Part shown: positions 1-13,300 of the stretch, piece by piece
Layout of the letters: each line of letters starts with the position of its first letter
Position numbering within the stretch: position 1 is the first letter of the stretch
Assembly: GCA_002633005.1 (NCBI GenBank)
Contig: NMRA01000030.1
Location: forward strand, 528,644 to 592,643
DNA: 64,000 nucleotides
Direction of reading: 5' to 3'
Source of the DNA: Phoronis australis
Taxonomy: Eukaryota > Animalia > Phoronida
The notes under the pieces: generated by a model
The model's input: the letters and a program-made list of their open reading frames with translations, nothing else
What the model was told of the DNA's origin: nothing
Database searches by the model: none
Program-made: the position numbers and the translations under genes

Positions 1-1202
1 TATCGTTGATACAGCAGCTGGCAGAGAATAGGAATTTGAGTGACAAGCACGAACACGTGCCATGAGTAAATGCTGGATTCTCATTGGATAAAATATTTGA
101 GACATACTTAGTCATCAATTAAATTATTCAAAGAGGGCGGTACTCGGTGGTTTGACCTAGATTTCGCCGCAGCTCCAAGCCTTAGAGTGTGGGAAAGAAA
201 ACATAACGCTGGAATGCGCCGCGTATTTTCTATGATTTTAAAGACTTTAAAATACGGATTTTTTGAGTTTGAAAATACAGATTTTTCAAAAAGCGCCCGG
301 AACACAGATTTTCCCTCTCAAATACGGAACGCGTCCCGTAAAAACGGAACGGTTGGAATATCTGAAATATCAACATAATCTCTTCCCCTAAAACATAAAC
401 GATATTGCAGAGCAAAACTTTTTCGATTATTTTCCAAAGGATTTTAGTGTTATTTTTGTTAAATGGGCTTGATCAATTTTTTTAAAACAACTGTAGATTG
501 GGCTCCAGTTCTCCACAAGAGTATTGTTTCAAGCAATTAAAGCTATCCCACATTTTAAACTTACTCTACATATTCAGTTGCTACCTCTGACATGACAACA
601 TGGAACATTATCATTTTTACCGCTACAAACGCATTTTGGGATTACTGCTGAATTCTGAAGGTAAGTAACCAAACCTATAAGACAATAAAATCCGTTGTCG
701 TTTTGTGGTTTTATTACAAAACGCCAGTTCTCGCTGATATCTGCCACACACGACCAGTTACATAAGTTTAAATGGCTCAGACTTTCAAAGGACTGGGACT
801 TAGCTCAGGCAACAGAGCGATCACGTGTGACACGAGAGTTTCACATTTGACTCAGCAATGCAGCTGTTCTTAGAAAAAATATTTCTCGTGGATGTTACTT
901 TAAGTAACACTGTACACTGATCAAATAACACAAACTCACTGTGTTGAAATTTGAAACATTCAAAAGCGCCCGTGAAACCAATTTCAGTAAATAGGTTGTA
1001 ATTACTCCATATAAGATTTGAAGTCTATAACAATAAAACTACAGGAAAAGGGAATTATTCTTAAATTATGATTAATCTGCACAAGATTTCAAGTTGCAAA
1101 TAACCATGACCAAATTTGTCCTTTAATTCTTGGATAATTTTTGTCATCCACTTATGAATCTACTACGTATTGCAATGAAATCAACAAAAAATACTTGCGT
1201 AC

Positions 1203-1354
1203 TTTTGTACAATAATACAAACAACCCTTTAACAAAGCGACCCCTGTTGACGTCATGTTGGCATCTCTGGTCAATCTTGACATAACACTCTCCACAACAA
1301 TAGTCATGGCTTCCCAATCCAAGTATGAAGGTGATGTGAGTGAACATTGACTAT
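1203..1354 (-). CDS. XPO5: XPO5 exon, SQCSLTSPSYLDWEAMTIVVESVM...GVALLKGCLYYCTK
   Basis: ttacag acceptor, gtacgc donor (donor position less certain), 152 nt; SPS...WEAMT motif. Confidence 0.85.
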
Positions 1355-4300
1355 CTGTAAGATGAACCAGTGGATTGTTTCATATCACTTAGCAGAAAAT
1401 GAAAGATTTTGAATTCCGATTTAATTTCAATAAAATACATCAACTTGAAACTCTTTGATGTTACAAGATCAGCAGACGTAAAACTTGATCTTAAAAAATC
1501 TAACTCTTTGAGTGCAGCCTCAGCCATTTGATCAATACTGGATTTATCCAAATCAATACAATTAGTAAATGAATTTGTGTAAAAGTAGATATCTTCCCTG
1601 TTCAATACAATTGGTGATTTGAAGTGTCATTCATAACATACAGAGACTGTTGTCTAGAACTTAGGTGTGTTACTTATGCTGATAAGACACTTGGAAACAC
1701 AAAAACAACTCTTTCAATTAAGTCTTGTACAACAGAAGTTACAACATAAAACTGGCTGTACTTTAATCCAGACAAGATCCTGCGCTGTATGAAATTGTGG
1801 TAAATGACCACCAGAAGATATATAAGTCTGCCTCAGATCAAACAAAGGACCTCGATGAGCATACCCAAACTCGGGCCATTCACTAAAAAAATAATTTGTT
1901 GGAAAGCCGAGTCTCTTAATAAAAACAACAACGGTTTTAAAATGGCTTGACATGTTTCAGTGTCATTTATTCAAACACCATCATCAGAAGAGAGAATACA
2001 GTGGCCACCTAGCTAGGCCCAGCAACAAGTGATGAAACACACCGAAAACAGTCAGTTACAGGGAGTGACAATAAACTAGACCAACGATAACAACCTGTGG
2101 TGTGTCAGTTGCCTACTGAGATTGGGCTTGCACCAACTGATGTGTAGAGCCTCACGAATTTTAAACTCCTTTGTTGTTTCTGCTTAGTCTATTATAGCTA
2201 AGTCATTGAAAGAGCATTGCTGATAACAATGATTGCAGCTCTGCAGATGAATAATTACATGACTTCTGTGAACCTCTGTCAGAATTTAGATGTTTCCTGG
2301 TCCTGGTTTTCAAATGGCGAACAGTTTCGCCTATATATTCTCTCTTCTTCTGATGATGGTGTTTAAATAAATGACACCGAAACATGTCAAGCCGTTTTAA
2401 AACCATTTTAGTGTTTATTAATATATGCTGCTACTCGCTACCATGGAGACGAGTCCATTAGCCCTTTTTTAATCAATCATATTTCTGGTATTCGCAGGCA
2501 GTAATGTCACAAGGTATACGTTAACCTCAAATTATGTCACCACACGATTTCTAACAAAGAACACAAACCGGCAGCAACAGGTTTCTTCAACAACGCGTCC
2601 AGCTTACTGGACATGACTTTGAAGGCGAGAGACGGCCTTAGCAAGGTGACAAGTCGGACAGTGTCAGTGGCCTCAGCTCTGTATCCTGCAGATGAAACAG
2701 GTCAGATGGTAATTAACTGTTTAATACACACGTACTTTGACAATTCTTCAAAATCAGACGAGTGACCTACAGGTAGTGACGTGACCAAATAACAATACTC
2801 CAATGAGATGACATTGAAGCGACACGTTTAGCTCAATAGTTTGAGCTTCTGAGTACCACATAAGTGTCTCTTAATCCTCTGCAATCAGTCTGAGAAATGG
2901 ACATTTACAAAGGAGACAAGAGAAGTGGGTGGAGATTTACAAGGGAGACAACGAGAGCTTGGACTTCCGGGAGTGTACTAGTATCTATAAAAAGACGGCA
3001 CATTACATGAATCATTTGTAAAATTAATAAAAAGTCAGTAACCATCTTGCCTCTTTATGAATGAGAGAGTAATTAAAGTCACATACAGCAATACCTGGAT
3101 CAAATCAAAATTGTCAACTTGAAACAAAACTGGAACAGTAAATTTAACCGTAGCAACAGATCATGAACTCCACACTAGCTATTGTACAATAAGGACTCAA
3201 CAGGTTTTAGAGATGTTGCTGAATGTTGTCAAACACTTACTGCAAAAGAAGGCGTTGAAGTCCTCATCACAGTCAAAGTCAATTAGAGAATAGGCACAGC
3301 TTGGGTGGTTGGAGTGAGAGGGATGGCCAACCTGAGCAATGAAGGGATAGGTTCAAATCATAAGAACATAACAAGCAAGCAAAGAAAATGAGATGTAATC
3401 CCTTTAAGGGCCTGCTGGAGTTTTGACTGCTATATTTTGACTAATTAACTGGCTTTCAGTTTTATTTCTGATCCCTAATCAATGTGTGTGAATACTTTGT
3501 AATACAAAGTGAGAAGTCAATCTGCTGGTGAAATAACTATGAAAATGGTCTTTCTTTCCTATTTTGGCTAACAGTATTCAAAGAAATGATAACCAAGAAG
3601 GTTTAAGGACAATGACAAGTTCATCATTCCATAAACATTCACAATACAGCAAGTCCAGTATTCACATGAACATGTATTCAAACACATGCTAAACACTGTG
3701 CAATAGATAGATAACTGTTCTCGCTACAGCTATAAGAATCACTGTTCACAGCTACAGCCATCACTGTTCACAGCTACAGCCATCACTGTTCACAATTATA
3801 GCCATCACTGTTCACAGTTATAGCTATCACTGTTCACAGCTACAGCCATCACTGTTCACAGTTATAGCTATCACTGTTCCTCAGCTACAGCCATCACTGT
3901 GCACAGTTATAGCTATCACTGTTTACAGCTGCAGCCATCACTGTTCACAGTTATAGCTATCATTGTTCACAGTTATAGCCATCACTGTTCACAGTTATAG
4001 CTATCACTGTTCACAGTTACAAACACCACTGTTCACAGTCATAGCTACCACTATTCACAGCCATCACTGTTCAGTCATTTTTACTTACCTTAGGCAAAAA
4101 TAAGAAATTTAAAAATGTTTTATAGATTGAATGCAGAAATATTTACTTCACATGGACAACGTTAAACCGATAAAAAGTGTTTGCTAACCTTGAGAAGAGA
4201 AGACATGCAAATGTTAAGTATGGTTTCAAGTCTCTGCAGGAGTTCATGGTCCTCCTTGATGAGGTCATGTCGCAAGAAACTGTGGATGAGTATCTGTGTG

Positions 4301-7300
4301 TAGCTGGCCAGCATCTAGGAAATAGACAGTGTGCTTCAGTTGGGTGCTTGAAGGTATGCACATGTTCATGAGAACATGTTAATAAAATTAAAGCAGCTCA
4401 GTGTTCACGTGAAGGTGTAAATATAATTCAGACAGTCAAGTGTTCATGTGTAGGTGTTCACATCATTCAGAATGCCAAGTGTTCATGTGAAGGTGTTCAA
4501 ATCATTCAGACAGTCCAGTGTTCATGTGAAGGTGTTCATATCAGTCAGTCAGCCAAGCGTTCATGTGAAGGTGTTCACATCATTCAGACAGCCCAGTGTT
4601 CATGTGAAGGTATACATATCATTCAGACAATCAAGTATTCATGTGTAGGTGATCACATCATTCTGACTGTCAAGTGTTCATATGAAGGTGTTCACATCAT
4701 TCAGAAAGTCCAGTGTTCATGTGAAGGTGTTCATATCAGTCAGTCAGCCAAGCGATCATGTGAAGGTGTACACATCATTCACACAGTCACGTCATTCGGA
4801 CAGCTAGCTGTTCACTTAAACTAGGCAAAATATCCAATACAGAACTTAATGCTATCTTTCATGTAAAGCTTTTAAGTAACAGTACATACTAATGCTGAAT
4901 TCAGTTTGCAAGTAGAAAGTGTCAAAGAATACAAAATTTTCAATATGTTTGAGAAAAGTGCATTTCTACTAAATGAATATATTTCCCTAATTTTGAGCAC
5001 CACGAAACCATTATTGCCCGTCTTCCCTCATCCCACTCTCACGCCCTCTAAGATAGCTAGGACAGATTATATACCAATTTTCTTCTACAACTGAGAAAAT
5101 TTCTTTTTTCTTGGATTGCAAATACAATGTATAATGTTTTGAGCCACACACACATTTGGTTGCGCTAGGGCAAAAAATAAACTTAGCCCCAATCTAATTC
5201 ATGGAACTCAAAAGATAGAGAGGCCAATGTAACAAATAGATCTGCCACTGCGAGCTTCAAAGGTAGACAGATCCACATGAAAAAAGTTGTGATTTGTCGT
5301 CATGTTCATAGGAATACGCTCATATTTCACAAAGATCCTACAAGACACACACATATATTATATATACATATGTGAGCAAACAAAAAATAAAAGTATTCAA
5401 CTGCATGGCTCAACCTATTCACAGCAGACATGGTAGAAACTCGTCACAATTTTCTCAACTACAGGCAACATCACATGGACTATCAAAGAATAGCCGTGTT
5501 GTGACAGAACCCATACCTGACTAGGATGACCAGCTAGCGCCAGGATTGCATCAAGATATTTGTCAAAGTTCTCGGGCCGACACAAGTTAGAGTCTGATCC
5601 CTGAAACAACAAATTGCGATACTATTTTACACCACTGTGACAGTTCTGAACAGTAAACAATGTGTTACGTGGAAGTTCCTGGAATCATCTGTAGTCAGTC
5701 TAAAGAGACATGACAGACAAGCACCCTTCTAGCTAGCAATACATCTCCATTTTCTTAATGGCTGAAGTAGCAGCTCATTCCAGAGACACTTCTGGCTTTA
5801 GTTCAACCAATCTATCATCATAAAATGAGTTCCAAAGTCCATCATAAAAACAGGTTTGCAGCTACATTAGTAAGCCGCTGTCCGCTAATGCTTTGACAAA
5901 GAGCTGCAAACAAACATCAAGGTCACATGGTTTAATAATAAACATAATCACTGACTTTCTGTTTCAGACACCATATCATTTTCTATTAATAAATTATTAC
6001 CTTACAACATCTCAATGCCAAAACAAAGTGGATATACTCACACCTGTGGTGATAAACGATGACAACTCAATAGAACCTGCAGAGAAGGCTTACCCAAAGC
6101 ACCGTAAGCTGACTTCCAATTCCTGTCAGGACCTGAGTCAGTTTCTTCATAAACTGATAATGATACTCGTCAAGCTTGGCAAAGGCTGCCTCTCTGAAAT
6201 CGATTTAACACATAGATATTTTAATTAACATAATGAACAAAAAATCATCACAACAATCCAAAAATGTATTCTAGTTTTGATGGCGAATAACAAAACAGTG
6301 ATATGACATTCAAAGGCTGGAAAGAGTAAGGAGAGATTCTTTGTTGATAAAAAAACACAAAACATTAAAATTCACAGCTTTTTACAGCGCACTGCTTTCA
6401 AGACAATGTTAAAACATGTTTGAGGAAGCCTGTGCACCAGAAACTGAACTGTTTTTACCAGAATGTGTGGAATGTGTGTAGTGGCCACAAATACCGCCTG
6501 TGTTAGTTCAAACAGGTTGTAGTTGCTGTTCAAATAAAAAATTGAAGAAGGCAGACATTTAGATATACAACGGGCAGACAGAATGTGTCCCTCTATCGCA
6601 AGATTATTGAAGACCAGTACCATTTTCCATTTAACTGTATTAGATACAGTGAACTAAGAGAAAAGTACCTTGGCACATATTAATGTAACCATCCTTCCAT
6701 ATATAAAATCATTAAACTGATGATAACTTGTTAACCTTTGTAAATATGTTTTCTAAGCTTTTCAAATGTGTAACAATATGCAACCCACTTACATATTTAA
6801 GGATGTATACGCATGCTCCTAACTATGCTAATGCATATGCAGGAACTAAACGGCAATTTTATTTGAACATCATCTGCACTAAAAAAGCAATAATTTTTTT
6901 GTACTCATTGACAACTTGTTAATGTAAAAACAAAAAATTCTGACCTTTGCACTAATGACTTACCTTGGAGACCGACATAACCCGGATCGTGCAGTCTTAT
7001 TCCCCAACACCACGTCATGATACTTACTGGACACGGTCGAGTGATTTACGGCAGATCAAAACACGTTCTTAAAACATTTGGCAATTTTCGCCCTACTTCA
7101 AATTCACATCATTGCTATGTGTTGTGTTTCTTACTAATTTAACCAAACAATCATCAAGATAAGGAGTTAGCATGCAAGTTCCACTTTTGATTTTCTGCAT
7201 AGCACTTCCTGATAGCATTTATTACAGAATTAAGACTGATTAATTGATTGATGTCAGAATGTATGGAACTCACTCTGTAGCTAGAAATATAGCCTGCATA

Positions 7301-10300
7301 GCATCTGTGCAAAACAACACAAGTAATGGCTTTCTCTCTTCTGTCTTGCCCTGAAAAATAAAGTTACAAAGCACATCAGCACAGTTCAAGCAGAAAGGTA
7401 TGATTTAGTGCATCAGACTACAATAACCACTATCTTTAAATCACATGCCAGCACTGAATCACAGACTAGAGCTGTCATAATGCTTAATCGTCGTGAGAGA
7501 CCGTCCGTTGTTGGTATATGGTGCAACTCGGGACGGTCTGGGGTCTACAGAAAACCACAGTTCAACTGTGAGTCTACATCAATGTGATAAACGAGAGTAG
7601 TTTTATTTGCTGCGTCAGCTGCTGGTATGCTTATCTCTTTTATGACACACAATGTGTGACTGGGCAAAGCGTTTTCAAAATAATGTGGATAAATCAGTAG
7701 AGTGTGAGACCCCTGAGGTCCCTGTCAAGTCCTCACGGCAATTTTACATTATGGTATCAGACACTAGAGTTGAATCACCAGCTCAAACCATTGAATCATA
7801 CATACTAACCTCAATACGACACGTACTCACAAAACATCATGCACAAAATTAACCGTAGTAACAAACCATGTAAAAACAAAACAATTCTCAGCACAGTTCC
7901 TACGTATGATATGGTAGATTGTAAGCATGATTGGATGGTTCGAGTGAATGATTCAGTGGTCAGTGTGTATCATTTAGAGTGAGTGAGTATGAATGGCCAG
8001 TAGTCTAGATTATGTACAACAACATAGAAAGTAAACAATATACAAAATCTACTTTACTTTAAATCTTATAACTATCAGTGACAATTAGGACTACAGTACA
8101 AGACAAAAGTAATCAGTTAAAATACTGGTTCCCCGTCACAACAACTAATTTCAACAAAATTGACTAAAAACTATTAGGGCAGCACAATTCTAATTACAAA
8201 GTGGCTTAGTCCCCAACTTTTCCTGTTCATTCCCCTTCATTCTCAGTCATCAGGGGAGACAATTCTGACAATGTATGCGCCCAGCCATAACAGGGGATGT
8301 CAGGGTCATTTTGTCTCAATACTTTTGGCTTGTACTGTATACCTCTGTGATCACTACACTAAGGAAATGACAACGCAATACTACTTATAAGTAGGATGTG
8401 ATGAGAAACTGATCAGAGAGGACATTTAGTGGACATGACCTCTCAAATAAGGGGTGCACTCATACAATGAACGAATTGAAAGAAACTGAAACTTAAAAAA
8501 TTGTGAAAAAAACCGACTGAAACTGTCACTGAAATCTGTTTAGTTAATGTTGAGGCTAGATTCAATACAGAAACACAATCTGTGACGGAGTCATTACTTT
8601 GCAGCTTTCACTTCTGCTCCCAAAATTGTAGACATGTTGCAGCCACTTAACTACAAGGCTATATCTGATACTGGACATGACTTGGTGTCGGTATTATTAC
8701 TTGATAACATATTTACTTAAATGGGGACGGGGTATGGAATAGCAAGGTGGCTACTAAAGAGCACGTAAAACAAGCTTCTTGTGAGAAAAGCAACATTTCA
8801 CAAAATCATGTGAAAAGTGAGTGTCATGCGAGTATGCTCAGGAGTATACTGGCCTATCTTAGTGGTGGCCACTCAAGTGATCGATCACTGGAAGNAAAAA
8901 CGCGGAAACTTTTACGGCCCAAAACACGCGCGCTTCCCGGCCTCGAAATAGCGGAGATGTGGACCCTTTGCCGACAAAAATCGGGACTAAAAAAAAAAAG
9001 AAAAAATGGTAGCACCTCTAGAAGCGTGCGTCTGCGCCTTTTTAGCTGGCCCGTCCACTCCCGCCTCCGCACATTTTTGGCTGCAGAGTCGTAGTATTTG
9101 TCACCGTGGTTTACAATCGCATGAGACGCCATTGCAAAATCCACCACGCTATCCCAGGTGCCCTGGCAATGTTGACAATTTATGTTCCTCCGAAACATAA
9201 AGAGCAACTTCCGCTTTTCGAGGTGAAAGTCGTTGGCAACGCCGCGGTAAGAAAGGAATTTGCCGCAGAAATTTTACATCAAATCCGATTTTTTTTACAC
9301 AGAAATATAATAAAATACGCACAGACAGCACATTTGAAAAAAGCGGAAATCCGTGTTTCCGCGGAAAATTCCAAGCCTTGAAGTAAACAATATACAAAAT
9401 CTACTTTAATTTAAATCTTATAACTACTGACAATTAGGACTACAGTACAAGACAAAAGTAATCAGTTAAAATACTGGTTCCCCGTCACAACAACTAATTT
9501 CAACAAAATTGACTAATAACTATTAGGGCAGCACAATTCTAATTACAAAGTGGTTTATTTCCCTTACAACTTTTCCTGTTCATTCCCCTTCATTCTCAGT
9601 CATCAGGGGAGACAACTCTGACAATGTATGCGCCCAGCCGTCATGATGGGGATGTCAGGGTCATTTTGTCTCAATATTTTTGGCTTGTACTGTATACCTC
9701 TGTGATCACTACACTAAGGAAATGACAACGCAATACTACTATAAGTACTAGGATGTGATGAGAAACTGATCAGAGAGGACATTTAGTGGACATGACCTCT
9801 CAAATAAGGGGTGCACTCATACAATGAACGAATTGAAAGAAACTGAAACTTAAAGAATTGTGAAAAAAAAAAACGATTGAAACTGTCACTGAAATCTGTT
9901 TAGTTAAAGTTGAGACTAGATTCAATACAGCAACACAATCTGTGACGGAGTCATTACTTTGCTGCTTTCACTTCTGCTCCCAAAATTGTAGACATGTTGC
10001 AGCCACTTAACTACAAGGCTCTATATCTGATACTGGACATGACTTGGTGTTGGTGTTATTACTTGATAACAGATTTACTTAAATGGGGACGGGGTATGGA
10101 ATACCAAGGTGGCTACTAGACAGCACTCTGTAAAAACAGCTTCTTGTGAGAAAAGCAACATTTCACAAAATCACGTGAAAAGAGAGTGTCATGCGAGTAT
10201 GCTCAGGAGTATACTGGCCTATCTTAGTGGTGGCCACTCAAGTGATCGATAACTGGGAGTACACTGGCCTATCTTAGTGGTGACACTCAAGTGATCTGTC

Positions 10301-13300
10301 ACTGGTAGTATACTGGCCTATCTTAGTGGTGGCCACTCAAGTGATCTGTCACTGGGAGTATACTGGCCTATCTTAGTGGTGGCCACTCAAGTGATCGATA
10401 ACTGGGAGTACACTGGCCTATCTTAGTGGTGACACTCAAGTGATCTGTCACTGGTAGTATACTGGCCTATCTTAGTGGTGGCCACTCAAGTGATCTGTCA
10501 CTGGGAGTATACTGGCCTATCTTAGTGGTGGCCACTCAAGTGATCGATAACTGGGAGTATACTGGCCTATCTTAGTGGTGGCCACTCAAGTGATCGGTCA
10601 CTGAAAGTATACTGGCCTATCTTAAAGGTGGCCACTCAAGTGATCGATAACTGGGAGTATACTGGCCTATCTAAGTGGTGGCCACTCAGGTGATCGATAA
10701 CTGGGAGTATACTGGCCTATCTTAGTGGTTGTCACTCAAGTGATCGGTCACTGAAAGTATACTGGCCTATCTTAATGGTGGCCACTCAAGTGATCGGTCA
10801 CTGAGAGTATACTGGCCTACCTTTGTGGTGGCCACTCAAGTGATCGGTCACTGGGGAGTATACTGGCCTATCTTAGTGGTGGCCACTCAGGTGATCCATC
10901 ACTTAGCTTGGAGTGTTGAACAGTGGGATTGAAGTCACTGTTTCCATTCGGTAAGATATATTGCCACAAGTGCAAGCTAATATCCTACGGTCTACATAAT
11001 GCAGCCGTGGTCAATCATACAAACATAAAATGACAAATACTAGGGAATAGTCTCAGTTTGCTAATCAAACTCAACTTTCAGCACAGCTCATTTCCATGGT
11101 TACCTTTCTGTTAACAACATACAGCAGACATTCTGCTGCGTAGTACTGCAGCTCACTGTCACTAAGCAACAAACAGAGCATCTGCAACAACAAGTTATTG
11201 TTGCCAGTGATGACATCGATGGAGATCCAATCTAGGAATCCACAAAGCATTGTTAACACAGACTTTGACAGGTGACAATGGACAGCAGCTAGGGACGATG
11301 AGGCATTTCTCTGGAAAACAATACACACCAGTATAAGAACACGGTAATACACACCGGTATAAGAACACAGCAGTACATACCGGTATGAGAACACCACAAT
11401 ACATACCGATATAACAACACAGCAGTACATACCGGAATGAGAACACCACAATACATACCGATACAAGAACATAGCAGTACATACGGGTATGAGATCACCA
11501 TCAATACAAGAACACGATACATACATGAGTATAAGAACACACACTACATACAATTGAGACAACCAATCACACCTGCTCTAGTCATCCTGCATTGTGCTAA
11601 AGTCAAGTTCACACTACGTACAATTGAGACAACCAATCACACCTGCTCTAGTCATCCTGCAATGTGCTAAAGTCAAGTTCACACTACGTACAATTGAGAC
11701 AACCAATCACACCTGCTCTAGTCATCCTGCAATGTGCTAAAGTCAAGTTCACACTACGTACAATTGAGACAACCAATCACACCTGCTCTAGTCATCCTGC
11801 ATTGTGCTTAAGTCAAGTTCACACTACGAGCGACTGTATCAAGCTTTCAAACAGAAAGGTTAGTCATGTCGAGCTTTCAACGAAGTTTGACGTTAAAAAG
11901 TAAGCATACTGTACGATATTTCTTGTACAAACACAATTCTCACTACTACATCGTATTAAATTTCCCAAAGAACTTACACTATCTACACACAATTCACACA
12001 CAGAACTGCTGGTAAAGATGCTAACAATCTTTTCTGAAACAGAGGTTCACTCACTGTCTTGTCTGACTGACACAGACTGATGTTGGTCTTACTACAGATG
12101 TGTGCGCTGATGTCCGCGGCAACTTACAAGACATCTTGGATTAAAACGTTTTCATTCCCTATTATCTAGTACAAACACAGTTCTCATTTGACAGTGATAC
12201 AGCTAGTTATTGCCGCGGCGTAACTGGGGGTCCTCTCCAGAGCGCATCTCAAAAGTGAGGTGGGCAGNCGATCAAGTAGACTACTGCGTTTCAAGTCATA
12301 CACTATAGGCACCTGACGTTTCAAATTGGAAGCTCGCGCCGTATGACGTCGTATGACGTAGGCGATGCGAGCCTCATTTGCATATGTTAGTGACATCTGT
12401 TGGTTCAAAAAAGAGGCTCATGCCCGAGTACATGCCTGGGAAGAAGCATCTTTTGGAAGGGTAAACATGTCACGTTCAAAGCATCCCAGTGCCAGTAATA
12501 TGCAGTCTTTGAGGACCAAAGTGGTGTCATTTTCTAGCTAAAGAGTTAATCTTTCAAAAATAATGCTTGGATTCCAGATAACTTGAACATTTACTTTTGA
12601 AATCACGTTTGAAATCACGTTAAAATGCGCTAAAACAGTTGTCCCTTCCTGGTTATCTCTTCCTGGTAGTACTTAATATGTCTAATTGATATTAAAATCG
12701 GCATTGGTATTATTAAAGAAACTTTTGATCTTTTGTTTGCTGCTCTTGGTCTGTCAAATGCTTTGGAGAAATTATGAGATGCATTGGTAGGAAAGCTAAA
12801 CTTTGAAGTGTCTAAGAAGTAGGTCACACCAGTGCAGTGTGCAGTTTTAAACCATATATAAATACCTCCAGCATGACCATGCTTATGGATAGACACAAAA
12901 CAATGTCAATAATTGACATTCAACATTTGCCTCGAGTTTGGAATTTATAATGTGGAGAACACTGGCTAGATATAAATCTAGGCTAAACAGAGATGGTGGA
13001 GAATATCAACTCCTCCGTATTTACAAGCACCTCATAAATTCAAACTTCAGACTTATCCAGACGATGGCAACACCACCCAGAGTGATGAAGACAGCAGGTT
13101 GCCGGTCAAAATATGTCACAAATAATTTTCATTTTAGTCGTGAGTACAGTCTTAACTTACTTTGCTATGAGTCTACCACGGCGGATTAGCTCATATCAGA
13201 ATATAATTCAAATACTTTATGTTCTTACCAACTGACGGTACTTGTCCACATTAAGCTGTAGGCAGGTGAGAGAGAAGCCCATCAGTCGACCCATGTTGGA

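Larger units (their letters stand above)
1915..2421 (-). mobile_element. Penelope-like retroelement remnant (GIY-YIG fragment between inverted pseudo-LTRs)
   Basis: ORF 2203-2406 contains EYIGETVRHLKTRTRKHL; 1915-1997 and 2337-2421 are inverted copies that each carry a hammerhead. Confidence 0.7.

Noticed and set aside
2029-2054. Third hammerhead near the inverted pair (GTGATGA..GAAA..GTC)
   Set aside because: The first core C is lost and stem II cannot form; too degenerate to call
6372-6653. ORF MVLVFNNLAIEGHILSAR as the XPO5 KPLMVLF exon
   Set aside because: It has no convincing donor, and 7274-7350 matches far better with correct phases
10207-10902. CRISPR-like array
   Set aside because: The variable parts are recurring variants of one unit rather than unique spacers; there are no cas genes and the array is in a eukaryotic intron
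11195-11903. Cys/Tyr/Val-rich and repetitive ORFs (also 4454-4648, 17115-17448 and 61001-61309)
   Set aside because: They are translations of minisatellites; only the embedded XPO5 exon is coding
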